64,000 nucleotides of DNA from Occultella glacieicola. GTDB taxonomy: Bacteria > Actinomycetota > Actinomycetes > Actinomycetales > Beutenbergiaceae. The DNA is taken from positions 1 through 64,000 of the forward strand of contig NZ_SMNA01000002.1 of assembly GCF_004353825.1 (NCBI RefSeq), read 5' to 3'. The position numbers and the translations under genes are program-made. The notes below the pieces were generated by a model. The model ran no database searches. It was not told the DNA's origin and worked only from the letters and a program-made list of their open reading frames with translations. Numbering within the stretch: the stretch's first letter is position 1; each line of letters begins with the position of its first letter. This document shows positions 19,865 through 30,416 of this stretch, piece after piece.

Positions 19865-20293
19865 TCAGCGCCCGGGGAACCAGAGCCCGATCTCGCGTTC
19901 GGCGGACTCCACGGAGTCGGAGCCGTGCACCAGGTTCTGCTGCACCTTCAGTCCCCAGTCCCGGCCGAGGTCGCCTCGGACCGTCCCGGGCAGGGCGGCC
20001 GTCGGGTCGGTGGCACCGGCGAGCGCACGGAATCCCTCGATGACCCGGTTGCCCTCGGCGATCGCCGCCAGCACGGGGCCGGAACCCATGAACTCCACGA
20101 GCGGCTCGTAGAACGGCTTGCCCTCGTGCTCGGCGTAGTGGGCGGCCAACAGACCGTCGTCGGCGGTCCGCAGTTCCACGGCGGTGAGGGTGTATCCCTT
20201 GGCCTCGACCCGGCGGAGGATCTCGCCCACCAGGCCCCTGCGGACGCCGTCGGGCTTGATGAGGATCAGGGTGCGCTCGGTGCTGGTCGTCAT
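19865..20293 (-). CDS. ndk: Nucleoside diphosphate kinase
   Basis: [27 protein letters not shown]. Leaderless TACTGT-7-ATG. Confidence 0.97.
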   Translation of the reverse strand: MTTSTERTLILIKPDGVRRGLVGEILRRVEAKGYTLTAVELRTADDGLLAAHYAEHEGKPFYEPLVEFMGSGPVLAAIAEGNRVIEGFRALAGATDPTAALPGTVRGDLGRDWGLKVQQNLVHGSDSVESAEREIGLWFPGR

Positions 20294-20312
20294 GGCACTC
20301 ACAGTAGCGGCG

Positions 20313-20729
20313 TCACGATGGCGAGGCGGAACGCTCGGCGCGCAGCCGCTCGAGCCGTTCCGCGTCGATCTTGCCGCCCAGCCACACGCCCGTGACCCAG
20401 ATCGCCGCGAACACGATGCCGATCACGAGCATCATCGGCACCAGGATCCCGGAGAGCAGGAGGAGTGCCTGGACCACGTACCCGGCCACCAACCCGAACG
20501 GGTACTTCTGCAGGTAGGTGGCGACGAGGCACAGCAGCATCCCGGCGCCGCCGACGGCCCAGACCAGGCCGGGCTCCGACAGCCGCAGCCCGAACGCCAC
20601 CAGGGTGGCGAAGAACACCACGAAGATCTCGAGCGAGAGCACGGTCAGGCAGAAGATCAGCCGTGCCGAGCGCTGCGGGCGGGCAGGGGCTCGGCTCGGC
20701 TCGGGCTCGGGGGTGGGACGTGTGCTCAC
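20313..20729 (-). CDS. DUF4233-family membrane protein
   Basis: 4 [13 protein letters not shown] motif, position directly upstream of ndk as is typical in actinobacteria. Confidence 0.85.
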   Translation of the reverse strand: MSTRPTPEPEPSRAPARPQRSARLIFCLTVLSLEIFVVFFATLVAFGLRLSEPGLVWAVGGAGMLLCLVATYLQKYPFGLVAGYVVQALLLLSGILVPMMLVIGIVFAAIWVTGVWLGGKIDAERLERLRAERSASPS

Positions 20730-20748
20730 CCTCCAAGGCTAATGCGGC

Positions 20749-22536
<1,788 letters not shown>

Positions 22537-22710
22537 TCACCTCAATGGTGCGGGATGCCGGCCACCCCTGGATCCCCCGAGAAGCTGACGCCGCGCCCCT
22601 CGGGTCCGCCCATGGGTGCATCAAACGGCACGTTCGGCGTCCGCGCAACGTGCCGGGAACCGGAGTGGCGCTCCCCACCCGGGCCGACGGTCGCCGGCGC
22701 ACCGGGCACC

Positions 22711-23415
22711 TCACTCCTCGCCGAAACCGGCCTCCACATCCGCCACGATCGCCTCGACGGCCTGTGTGGCCTGCGGCCCGGTGGCCCGCAACCGGACCTC
22801 GGCGCCCCCGGTGAGACCGAGCCCCATCAGGGCCAGCACGCTGGCCGCGTCGACGCCGTTGAGGGTCACCTCGGCGTCGAAGTCGGCCGCCTTGCGGGCC
22901 AGGGTCGCGGCCGGACGAGCATGCAGCCCGAGCCGGTTGCGGAGCACCACGGAGCGCTCGACGGCGTCCGCGGACTCCGCGGCGACGCCACCGTCTGCTG
23001 TGGTCGCGTCGTCCGGCGCCGAAGCGCCGAAGGCACCGACCGCCGTCCGCGCGGCGGCGCCGGTCGCGGCGGCGTCCGCCCCGGACTGGGCGGCGACCGC
23101 GGCCGCGACGGCCCCCTCCACGAACGGGGCGTCGACGACGACCACCCGGTCGTCGTCGAGGATGTCCACGACCGACTCCGCGGTGAGTGCGGCCGAGCCC
23201 AGGTCGGTGAGGATCACGACCGCGGTGGCGCCGCCGTCGAGCAGGTCGGTGACGACCCGCTCCACGAGGTCGTAACTCGTGCCGATGCGCCCGTCCTCGG
23301 TGCCGCCGGCGGCCCGGAGGGCGACGTCGGGGGCCATCTGCTGGGCGACCTCGACCGTGCCCGCGGCCAACTGCGCGGAGTGGGAGACGAGCACGAGGGC
23401 CGTGGCGGTGTTCAT
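22711..23415 (-). CDS. dhaM: Dihydroxyacetone kinase phosphotransfer subunit (EIIA-Man plus HPr fusion)
   Basis: LVLVSHS, DLGSA, DAPFVEGA; HPr motif GLHARPA; ATGA overlap with dhaL. Confidence 0.93.
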   Translation of the reverse strand: MNTATALVLVSHSAQLAAGTVEVAQQMAPDVALRAAGGTEDGRIGTSYDLVERVVTDLLDGGATAVVILTDLGSAALTAESVVDILDDDRVVVVDAPFVEGAVAAAVAAQSGADAAATGAAARTAVGAFGASAPDDATTADGGVAAESADAVERSVVLRNRLGLHARPAATLARKAADFDAEVTLNGVDAASVLALMGLGLTGGAEVRLRATGPQATQAVEAIVADVEAGFGEE

Positions 23416-24071
23416 TGTGCCGACTCTGCCGACTCGGCGGCGTCGGCGGCCACCTCGAGCAGCAGCGCCGAGGACTGCGCACCCGGATCCCGGTGCCCGA
23501 TCGCCCGCTCCCCCAGGTAACTGGCCCGGCCCTTGCGGGCCACCAGCGGATCGGTGGACTCGGCACCGGTGCGGGCCGCCGTCGCCGCCGCGCGCAGCGC
23601 CTGCGTGGCCGTCCCACCGCCGTCGGCGACCTCCCGTGCGGCCGCGGCGGCGGGTGTCCACGCGTCCACCATGGTCTTGTCACCCACCTCGGCCTTGCCG
23701 CGCGCGACGATGCCGCCGACGGCGGCGTCGAGCAGGTCCGCGACACCGGCCGCATCCACCGTGGCGCCGTCGGCCGCCTTCGCAGCACGCAGGTACGCGG
23801 TCCCGTACAGCGGGCCGGCGGCGCCGCCGACGGTGGACATCAGCGTGGTGGCGACCAGTTTGAACACGTCACCGACGGTCTCGGGTGGCGCGGTGTCCGG
23901 GTTGTCCAGCTTGACCAGCACCGCCTTGAAGCCGCGGTCGAGATTCTCGCCGTGGTCGCCGTCGCCGATAGCGCGGTCCAGGTCGATCAGCTCCATCCGG
24001 TGCTCCCCGACGGCGGCGGCGCTCGCCCGGACCCACTGCGTCGCCCAGGCGACGCCGATCACGTCGGCCAT
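23412..24071 (-). CDS. dhaL: Dihydroxyacetone kinase ADP-binding subunit
   Basis: LDRAIGDGDHG, GGAAGPLYG, GDKTMVDA, KGRASYLGER, DPGA. Confidence 0.95.
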   Translation of the reverse strand: MADVIGVAWATQWVRASAAAVGEHRMELIDLDRAIGDGDHGENLDRGFKAVLVKLDNPDTAPPETVGDVFKLVATTLMSTVGGAAGPLYGTAYLRAAKAADGATVDAAGVADLLDAAVGGIVARGKAEVGDKTMVDAWTPAAAAAREVADGGGTATQALRAAATAARTGAESTDPLVARKGRASYLGERAIGHRDPGAQSSALLLEVAADAAESAESAQ

Positions 24072-25078
24072 CACAGGCCCCACCGCAGCGCCGGGGTGTG
24101 CACGGGCGCGTCGTAGAGGGCGGTGAGTTCGTCGTCGAGGCGCAGCACGGTGATCGAGGCGCCCTGCATCTCCAGGGAGGTGATGTAGTTGCCGACCAGC
24201 GAGCGGGCCACGGTGGCGCCCTTCGCCTCGAGCTGGGTGCGGGCGTGGCGGTAGACGATGTACAGCTCCGACGAGGGCGTCCCGCCCATGCCGTTGACGA
24301 ACAGGAGGACCTGGTCGCCGCTGCTGACGCCGAGGTCCTCGACGATCGGGTCCAGGAGCAGGTCGGTGATCTCGTCGGCGGAGGCGAGTGGGATGCGCCG
24401 GCGGCCGGGTTCCCCGTGGATGCCGATGCCGATCTCGATCTCGTCCTCGCCGAGGTCGAACGAGGGCTTGCCGGCGTGCGGCACGGTGCAGGCGGTCAGC
24501 GCCACGCCCATCGAGCGTGCGTTCGCGTTGACCCGGGTGGCGATCTCGGCGACGGCGTCCAGGTCGTCGCCGCGCTCGGCGGCGGCGCCGGCGATCTTCT
24601 CGACCAGCACGGTCCCGGCCACCCCGCGGCGGCCGGCCGTGTACAGCGAGTCCTGCACGGCGACGTCGTCGTCGGTGACGACGGCCCTGACGGTGATCCC
24701 CTCGGCGTCGGCGAGTTCGGCCGCGGTCTCGAAGTTGAGCACGTCCCCGGTGTAGTTCTTCACGATGTGCAGCACGCCTGCACCACCGTCGGCAGCTTTC
24801 GTGGCGGCCAGGATCGGGTCCGGGGTGGGCGAGGTGAACACCGGGCCGGGGACGGCCGCGTCCAACATGCCGACGCCGACGAAGCCGGCGTGCAGCGGCT
24901 CGTGCCCGCTGCCGCCGCCGCTGACCAGACCCACCTTGCCCTGGACCGCGCCACCGGCCCTGGACACGAACAGTTCCTCGGGATTGTCGCCGGCCACGAC
25001 GAGGTCCGCGTGCGCGGCCACGAAGCCCTGAACGCTCTCGGCGACCACGTTCTGCGGGTCGTTGATCAACTTCTTCAT
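24071..25078 (-). CDS. dhaK: Dihydroxyacetone kinase substrate-binding subunit
   Basis: [28 protein letters not shown]. Confidence 0.96.
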   Translation of the reverse strand: MKKLINDPQNVVAESVQGFVAAHADLVVAGDNPEELFVSRAGGAVQGKVGLVSGGGSGHEPLHAGFVGVGMLDAAVPGPVFTSPTPDPILAATKAADGGAGVLHIVKNYTGDVLNFETAAELADAEGITVRAVVTDDDVAVQDSLYTAGRRGVAGTVLVEKIAGAAAERGDDLDAVAEIATRVNANARSMGVALTACTVPHAGKPSFDLGEDEIEIGIGIHGEPGRRRIPLASADEITDLLLDPIVEDLGVSSGDQVLLFVNGMGGTPSSELYIVYRHARTQLEAKGATVARSLVGNYITSLEMQGASITVLRLDDELTALYDAPVHTPALRWGL

Positions 25079-25257
25079 GACTGCTCCTTCGCATCTGCGC
25101 CCCGGCTCTGAGCCGACCGGGCGGGCATGGGACTGGGAGGGGACACTGTGCTGCCAACTCTGTACCCCTCGGCACGCCTTTGCCTAGCGATTGGACCAAC
25201 GTGCGCGCGGCGCCCGGGCTCGTGAGCCGAGGTCGCGGGCGGCATACTGTGCTCGCG

Positions 25258-26091
25258 ATGCCCCTCATCCTCAGCCCGGCGCAACAGGGCGCCCTCGCGT
25301 ACGTGGCGGCGCGGTCCGTCGGGCCGCCGCTCGCGGCCGATCTGCGCGTGACGCTCCAGTTCCATCCGGACCGGCGGGTCGCGGATCGGTCGATCCTTGC
25401 GGCGATGGCCGACGACGGCCGGTACCGGTCGCAGTTCGAGACCGGCACGAGCAACGGTGGCCTGACCGCGCACCCCGGTGGGGACCGCTGGGGCTGGGAG
25501 AGCCGCCTCTTCGGCGGCGCGTACGACGGCGCACCCTCCGCGCAGCGGCCGGTCTACGGGGCCCTGAACCACCGCCGTCGGGCCGTAGGAGGCGCACAGC
25601 GCTTCGGCTCCGCGCACTTCCGGCTGACCGCCGAGGTCAACGCCCGCAGCACGTTCTGCTACCCGGACAGCGTCCTCAAGCCGGTGGACTTCGGGGTCGC
25701 CTCCCGGATGCCGCTGATCGCGATCGCGGACGCCGATTCGGCCGACCTGCTCGACGACGGCATCGAGGCACACGTGCACGGGCCGGTTCGGCTCCCGGTC
25801 GATGTCGAGGCCCTGGTCCTGGACCCGTGCTTCCGGGGCACCGCCGTCGAGGCCGACGCGGCCGCGCTCGGGTGCGCCCTCGAGTGGCATCCCGGGTTCC
25901 GGATCACCACGCACGAGCTGACGGCGCACCCGACCTACCGCGGGCAGCGGTTCGTCGACCTGGGACTGCGCCTCGCCGTCGACGGCGTTCTGGACGCGGC
26001 CATGATCGGCGCCGCCGCCCGCAGCGGTGACCACGACGAGCAGGACCTCAAACGGGTCTGGCACCTGCTCGCGCGGTTCGGTCAGCGATGA
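25258..26091 (+). CDS. DUF3626 domain protein
   Basis: FHPDR, SQFETGTSNGGL, RPVYGALN, RFGSAHFRL, TFCYPDS, IEAHVHG, LVLDP. Leaderless TACTGT-7-ATG. Confidence 0.85.
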   Translation: MPLILSPAQQGALAYVAARSVGPPLAADLRVTLQFHPDRRVADRSILAAMADDGRYRSQFETGTSNGGLTAHPGGDRWGWESRLFGGAYDGAPSAQRPVYGALNHRRRAVGGAQRFGSAHFRLTAEVNARSTFCYPDSVLKPVDFGVASRMPLIAIADADSADLLDDGIEAHVHGPVRLPVDVEALVLDPCFRGTAVEADAAALGCALEWHPGFRITTHELTAHPTYRGQRFVDLGLRLAVDGVLDAAMIGAAARSGDHDEQDLKRVWHLLARFGQR

Positions 26092-26094
26092 GGC

Positions 26095-27072
26095 TCAGGG
26101 CGTGAGCGGGCCCTCCACCGGCAGCCGGTCATGCTCGACGAGCACCCGCACGGACTCCAGGATCGCGGCCTCCGGCTCGTACGCGGGCCGGTAGCCGAGC
26201 CGCTGCTGCGCCTTCTCGATGCTGAGGTACTGGCTGCGATGCAGGTGACCCCAGCTCGCCTGCGCGTGCTCGGGCGTGGTGCCCGCCCGGAACTGCTCCC
26301 AGGAGACCGGCTCGAGGTGGGCGGACCGACCGAACCAGCCGGCCGCGATCTCGGCGTAGCCACGCACGGTCAGGGCGGACGGCGCCACGGCGTGGAAGTC
26401 CTCACCCGAAGCAGCGTCACGCCGGGCGACGGCCAGCTCGAAGACCTGGGCCACATCATCGGCGTGGACGTGGTGCAGGGTCTCGGCGCCGCTGCCGGGG
26501 ATCCGGAGCGTCCGGCCCGCGGAGAGCGCCGCCCACACCGACGGGTCGAGGTTGCCGAGCGGGTTGATCGGCGCCCAGCCGGGCCCGACGATATGCCCCG
26601 GGTGCACCGAGGTGGTCACCAGCCCGCCCGCACGGGTCTCCTGTTGCAGGTAGCGGGCGATCGCTTCCTTCTGGGTGCCGTACTCGTCGATGGCCCGGGT
26701 GCCCTCTCCCTCGCGGATCGGCAGTTTCAGGCTCGGGCCGTACCGCCAGATCGAGCCGCAGTGCAGCAGGTGGCCAGCCCTCCCACGCAGCGCCTCCACC
26801 AGCGCGGTCGTGGACGCCAGGGTGAAGCTGACGAGGTCCACGACGACGTCCGGGTCCTGGGCGAGGACTGTGGCACCGAACCTGCCGTCGGCGTCCTGCT
26901 GTTGCCGGTCGGCCACGACCTGGGTCACGTCGCGCCACTCGGGCGAGTCCGTGTAGGGGGCCTGGGTCCCGCGGCTGACGGAGACGAGGTCGTGGCCGGC
27001 TCGGACCAGCCGCGGGACGAGGTAGCTTCCGATGTGGCCGCTGCCTCCGACGACGATGATGCGCATGCTCAC
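26095..27072 (-). CDS. NAD-dependent epimerase/dehydratase family protein
   Basis: GGSGHIG Rossmann motif, YGTQK, HPGHIVG. Confidence 0.9.
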   Translation of the reverse strand: MSMRIIVVGGSGHIGSYLVPRLVRAGHDLVSVSRGTQAPYTDSPEWRDVTQVVADRQQQDADGRFGATVLAQDPDVVVDLVSFTLASTTALVEALRGRAGHLLHCGSIWRYGPSLKLPIREGEGTRAIDEYGTQKEAIARYLQQETRAGGLVTTSVHPGHIVGPGWAPINPLGNLDPSVWAALSAGRTLRIPGSGAETLHHVHADDVAQVFELAVARRDAASGEDFHAVAPSALTVRGYAEIAAGWFGRSAHLEPVSWEQFRAGTTPEHAQASWGHLHRSQYLSIEKAQQRLGYRPAYEPEAAILESVRVLVEHDRLPVEGPLTP

Positions 27073-27138
27073 TCCTTGGTCCGGGGACCCCCAGCCTCTC
27101 GCAGGGCACCCGTCACGGCGAGCCGCGCACCCGGCCCG

Positions 27139-27990
27139 CTAGCGTCGAGTCGCCGTGAGCAGCAGGTACTCCCACTCCATCACGAAGGAGCCGCCGACCT
27201 CGCGCCCGTACTGCTCGCCGAGACCTGCCAGCGCGGTGTCCAGCGCTACGACCTTCTCGGGGTCGGCAGCGATGGCGCGGTAGATCGCGATCGTCGGTCC
27301 GTACGTCTGCTTGAAGTAGTCGCGGAACGCCGCGCCGCCGGTGAACGCGTCGACTACCAGCGTGCGCCGTTGCGCGCCTCGGATCTCGGCGCCGTCTGCG
27401 AACAGCGCGCGGACGTGGTCCTCCCGGCCCCAGAGCGGCGGGGGCTGGGCTCCGGGCGGAGCCGGTGGGGCGAACGGCTTCATGGTGGCGAACATCTGGC
27501 CGATGAATCCTTCCGGGGTCCAGGAGAGCAGGCCGATGGTTCCGCCCGGCCGGGTGACCCGGAGGAGCTCGTCGGCGGCATCCTGGTGGTGCGGCGCGAA
27601 CATGACGCCCACGCAGGAGATGACGGCGTCGAACGCGCCGTCGTCGAACGGCAGCGCCTCGGCGTCCGCCTCCTGCCAGTCCAGGTGCAGGCCGGTGCCG
27701 GCGACGGACCGCTCGCCGATCTCGAGGAGGGCGGGCGTGAGGTCGCTCGCCACGACGTCGGCGCCGACGCGGGCCGCGGGGACGGCGGCGTTGCCGGTGC
27801 CGGCCGCGACATCCAGGACCCGCTGCTGCGCGGTGATGCCGGCGGCCTCGACGAGCACGGGTCCCAGGGACGGGATGATCTCGTCGGCGACCCGGTCGTA
27901 GGCGCCGAGGCCCCACATGGTCCGGTGCTTCGCCTTGAGTTCGCGGTCGGCAGTGGTGCCGGTGGTGTCGGTGGTGATCTGTTGTGCCAT
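27139..27990 (-). CDS. Class I SAM-dependent methyltransferase
   Basis: VLDVAAGTG, ADAEALPF, GVMF; AAGGAG SD before ATG 27990. Confidence 0.92.
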   Translation of the reverse strand: MAQQITTDTTGTTADRELKAKHRTMWGLGAYDRVADEIIPSLGPVLVEAAGITAQQRVLDVAAGTGNAAVPAARVGADVVASDLTPALLEIGERSVAGTGLHLDWQEADAEALPFDDGAFDAVISCVGVMFAPHHQDAADELLRVTRPGGTIGLLSWTPEGFIGQMFATMKPFAPPAPPGAQPPPLWGREDHVRALFADGAEIRGAQRRTLVVDAFTGGAAFRDYFKQTYGPTIAIYRAIAADPEKVVALDTALAGLGEQYGREVGGSFVMEWEYLLLTATRR

Positions 27991-28046
27991 GGTTCCGAGC
28001 TCCTTCGTAGGGGAGTTCCCAGGGTGCGGCCGGCGGACCCGCACCT

Positions 28047-28090
28047 CCAGTGCCAACTCTGAACCGGCGCTGGTTCACGATCTGTACTGG
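28047..28090. promoter_or_regulatory. Tandem operator pair (44-bp imperfect inverted repeat) between the methyltransferase and HxlR genes
   Basis: CCAGTGCC-N5-TGAACCGG and CTGGTTCA-N5-TGTACTGG. Confidence 0.6.
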
Positions 28091-28140
28091 TCAGCGTGGT
28101 CGCAGCAGGCGTCTAATTGGCGCAGGACGAGGAGGTCGCG

Positions 28141-28830
28141 ATGGCGACGTACGGTCAGTTCTGCCCGGTCGCGAAGGCGATGGAGGTGCTCGACGAGCGC
28201 TGGACGCTGCTGATCATCCGGGAGCTGATCGCCGGCAGCAGCCACTTCAACGAACTGCGGCGTGGGCTGCCGCGGATGTCACCGGCGCTGCTGTCCAAAC
28301 GGCTCCGGAGCCTGGACCGCGCCGGGCTGGTGCGCCGGGTCGAGGTCGGCGGCAGAGTCAGTTACGCCCTGACCGAGTCCGGGCTGGATCTGCAGGAGGT
28401 GGTCGAGGCCCTCGGCGTCTGGGGCCTGCGCTGGGTCGGCGACCTCGGCGAGGAGGACCTGGATCCGCACCTGCTGTTCTGGGACATGCGCCGGACGATC
28501 CCGCTGGCGGCGTGGCCGCGCACGCGCACCGTCCTGGAGTTCCGGTTGTCCGACGTCCCGCAGCGCAGCGGCGGCTGGTGGTTGGTGGTCGCCGGGGACG
28601 AGGTGGACGTGTGCGACTACGACCCCGGCTTCGAGGCGACCGCGACGGTCCGGACCACCTTGCGCACGCTCGTCCGGCTGTGGCGTGGGGACACCGGGTG
28701 GGACGATGCCCTGCGCTCGGGAGACGTCCGGGTCGAGGGACCCACGGACGTCAGGCGGGCGATCCCGGCCTGGCTCGGGCGGATGCGACTGGCGGACTTG
28801 GCCGCCGCCCGTGCCGCGGTCCCCGGGTGA
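28141..28830 (+). CDS. HxlR-family winged-helix regulator with an SCP2-like C-terminal domain
   Basis: YGQFCPVAKA, ERWTLLIIREL, FNELRRGLP; GAGGAGG SD. Confidence 0.9.
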   Translation: MATYGQFCPVAKAMEVLDERWTLLIIRELIAGSSHFNELRRGLPRMSPALLSKRLRSLDRAGLVRRVEVGGRVSYALTESGLDLQEVVEALGVWGLRWVGDLGEEDLDPHLLFWDMRRTIPLAAWPRTRTVLEFRLSDVPQRSGGWWLVVAGDEVDVCDYDPGFEATATVRTTLRTLVRLWRGDTGWDDALRSGDVRVEGPTDVRRAIPAWLGRMRLADLAAARAAVPG

Positions 28831-28937
28831 CCGGCAGGGTGTCCCCGGGTAGCCCGCAGGGTCGGTGGAGCGAGCCGAGGCCGCCCCATGGGCGTGGCGA
28901 GTGGAGCAGGCCCGGCCCGGCGTGATCCCCTGGCCGC

Positions 28938-29540
28938 ATGTCGACGCCGCTCGAACCCCTCACCCTGACAGGCAGTCTGGTCCGGCTCGAGCCGCTCTCG
29001 GCCGGGCACCACGACGGCCTCGTCGACGCCGTGCGGGACGGGCAGATGTGGGACCGCTGGTACACCTCGATCCCCCGGCCCGAGGACATGGCGGGTGAGA
29101 TCGAGGGCCGGCTCGCTCGGCAGGAGCGGGGCGAGATGCTGGCGTTCACGGCGATCCGAACGACGGATGACGTGGTGCTGGGGATGACCACCTACTACGA
29201 CTGGGACGCGGCCGTGCCCCGGCTCGAGATCGGCTACACCTGGAATCGGGCCTCCGCGCACGGGACCGGGACGAACGCCGAGTCGAAACTGTTGCTGCTC
29301 ACGCACGCGTTCGAGACCCTCGGTTGCGAGTGCGTGGGATTTCGCACCCAATGGGTGAACCACCAGTCCCGGGCCGCGATCGAGCGCCTCGGAGCGAAGC
29401 AGGACGGCGTGCTCCGGGCGAACCGGCGCTACCGCAACGGTGCCCTGCTGGACGCGGTGCTCTACTCGATCGTGCGCGCGGAGTGGCCCGCGGTCAGGGC
29501 GAACCTGGAGCACCGGCTGCGGCACCGCGTCGCGGGCTGA
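28938..29540 (+). CDS. RimJ/RimL-type GNAT N-acetyltransferase
   Basis: LEIGYTW, GTGTNAESKLLLL, N..SRAAIERLGA. Confidence 0.92.
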   Translation: MSTPLEPLTLTGSLVRLEPLSAGHHDGLVDAVRDGQMWDRWYTSIPRPEDMAGEIEGRLARQERGEMLAFTAIRTTDDVVLGMTTYYDWDAAVPRLEIGYTWNRASAHGTGTNAESKLLLLTHAFETLGCECVGFRTQWVNHQSRAAIERLGAKQDGVLRANRRYRNGALLDAVLYSIVRAEWPAVRANLEHRLRHRVAG

Positions 29541-29608
29541 GCCGGTCCGATAGCTGCTCCGCATCGAGGTTCGCGCCCTCCAGGGAGCGCCCGAGTAGCC
29601 GGCCGGGC

Positions 29609-29917
29609 TCAGCGGTCCACTCGCACCAGGATCAGGTCGGTGAGCGGTTCGCTGACGGCGACCAGCTCGGGCGTGCCCCACATGCCGGCCGGCGACGTCA
29701 ACTTGGCCCAGAGGCTCAGTTTCTTGGGGTTCGGCGCGTCCGCGGCGTCGACGGTGAGCGCGAAGTCCGCGTCACCCACGCCCGCATCCACGGCCACCCC
29801 GGCGAGGACGTCACCGTCGTGGCCGACCAACTTGATCGTGAAGACCGAGCCACCGGGCAGCGCGATGCGCTCCCGGATGCCGACGGTGCCGTTGACGGTG
29901 ACGATGTTCGAGACCAT
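29609..29917 (-). CDS. YbaY/YscW-like domain protein without a signal peptide
   Basis: V.GTV..RERIALP motif. Confidence 0.7.
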   Translation of the reverse strand: MVSNIVTVNGTVGIRERIALPGGSVFTIKLVGHDGDVLAGVAVDAGVGDADFALTVDAADAPNPKKLSLWAKLTSPAGMWGTPELVAVSEPLTDLILVRVDR

Positions 29918-29931
29918 CGCTCTACCGTAGA

Positions 29932-30378
29932 TCAGAGCGCCCGGCCTTCGCGGAGCGCGGCGATCGCCTTGTCGACGCGGCGCGTCCGGGTCTCGTCGGT
30001 CTTGGCGTCGGCGATCGGGAGCGTGAAGCGCTTCTGCTTGCTGGCCGAGAGCGACTCGTAGAAGGTCTTCGCGCCGGGATCCTCGGCAAGGGCCGCAGCG
30101 AGCTCGGGCGGTACGTCGACCACCCGGGGCTCGGTGTCGAGCACGACGTCGACCTCGACGTCGTCACCGCCCGCGACACCCGCGGCCGCGCGGTTCGCCG
30201 CGCTGAGGGAGATCATGAACTGCCCCTCGTAGGACACCGCCGAACTGCGATAGGTGTGCCCGTTGATGGTCACCACCACCAGGTGCCGCTTCCCGGGTCC
30301 CAGTGCCGCCATCACCTCCTCCGGGACCGGAACGCCGGTGTTGTTGCCGGTCTGATGGATGGTCGTCGGGTAGCGCAT
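29932..30378 (-). CDS. DUF1905 / YdeI-OmpD-associated family protein
   Basis: VTINGHTYRSS, VPPELAAAL, AKTDETRTRRV. Confidence 0.88.
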   Translation of the reverse strand: MRYPTTIHQTGNNTGVPVPEEVMAALGPGKRHLVVVTINGHTYRSSAVSYEGQFMISLSAANRAAAGVAGGDDVEVDVVLDTEPRVVDVPPELAAALAEDPGAKTFYESLSASKQKRFTLPIADAKTDETRTRRVDKAIAALREGRAL

Positions 30379-30416
30379 GCCCCCAGTGTGCCGATTCGAG
30401 CGCCGGCCGGCCAGGG

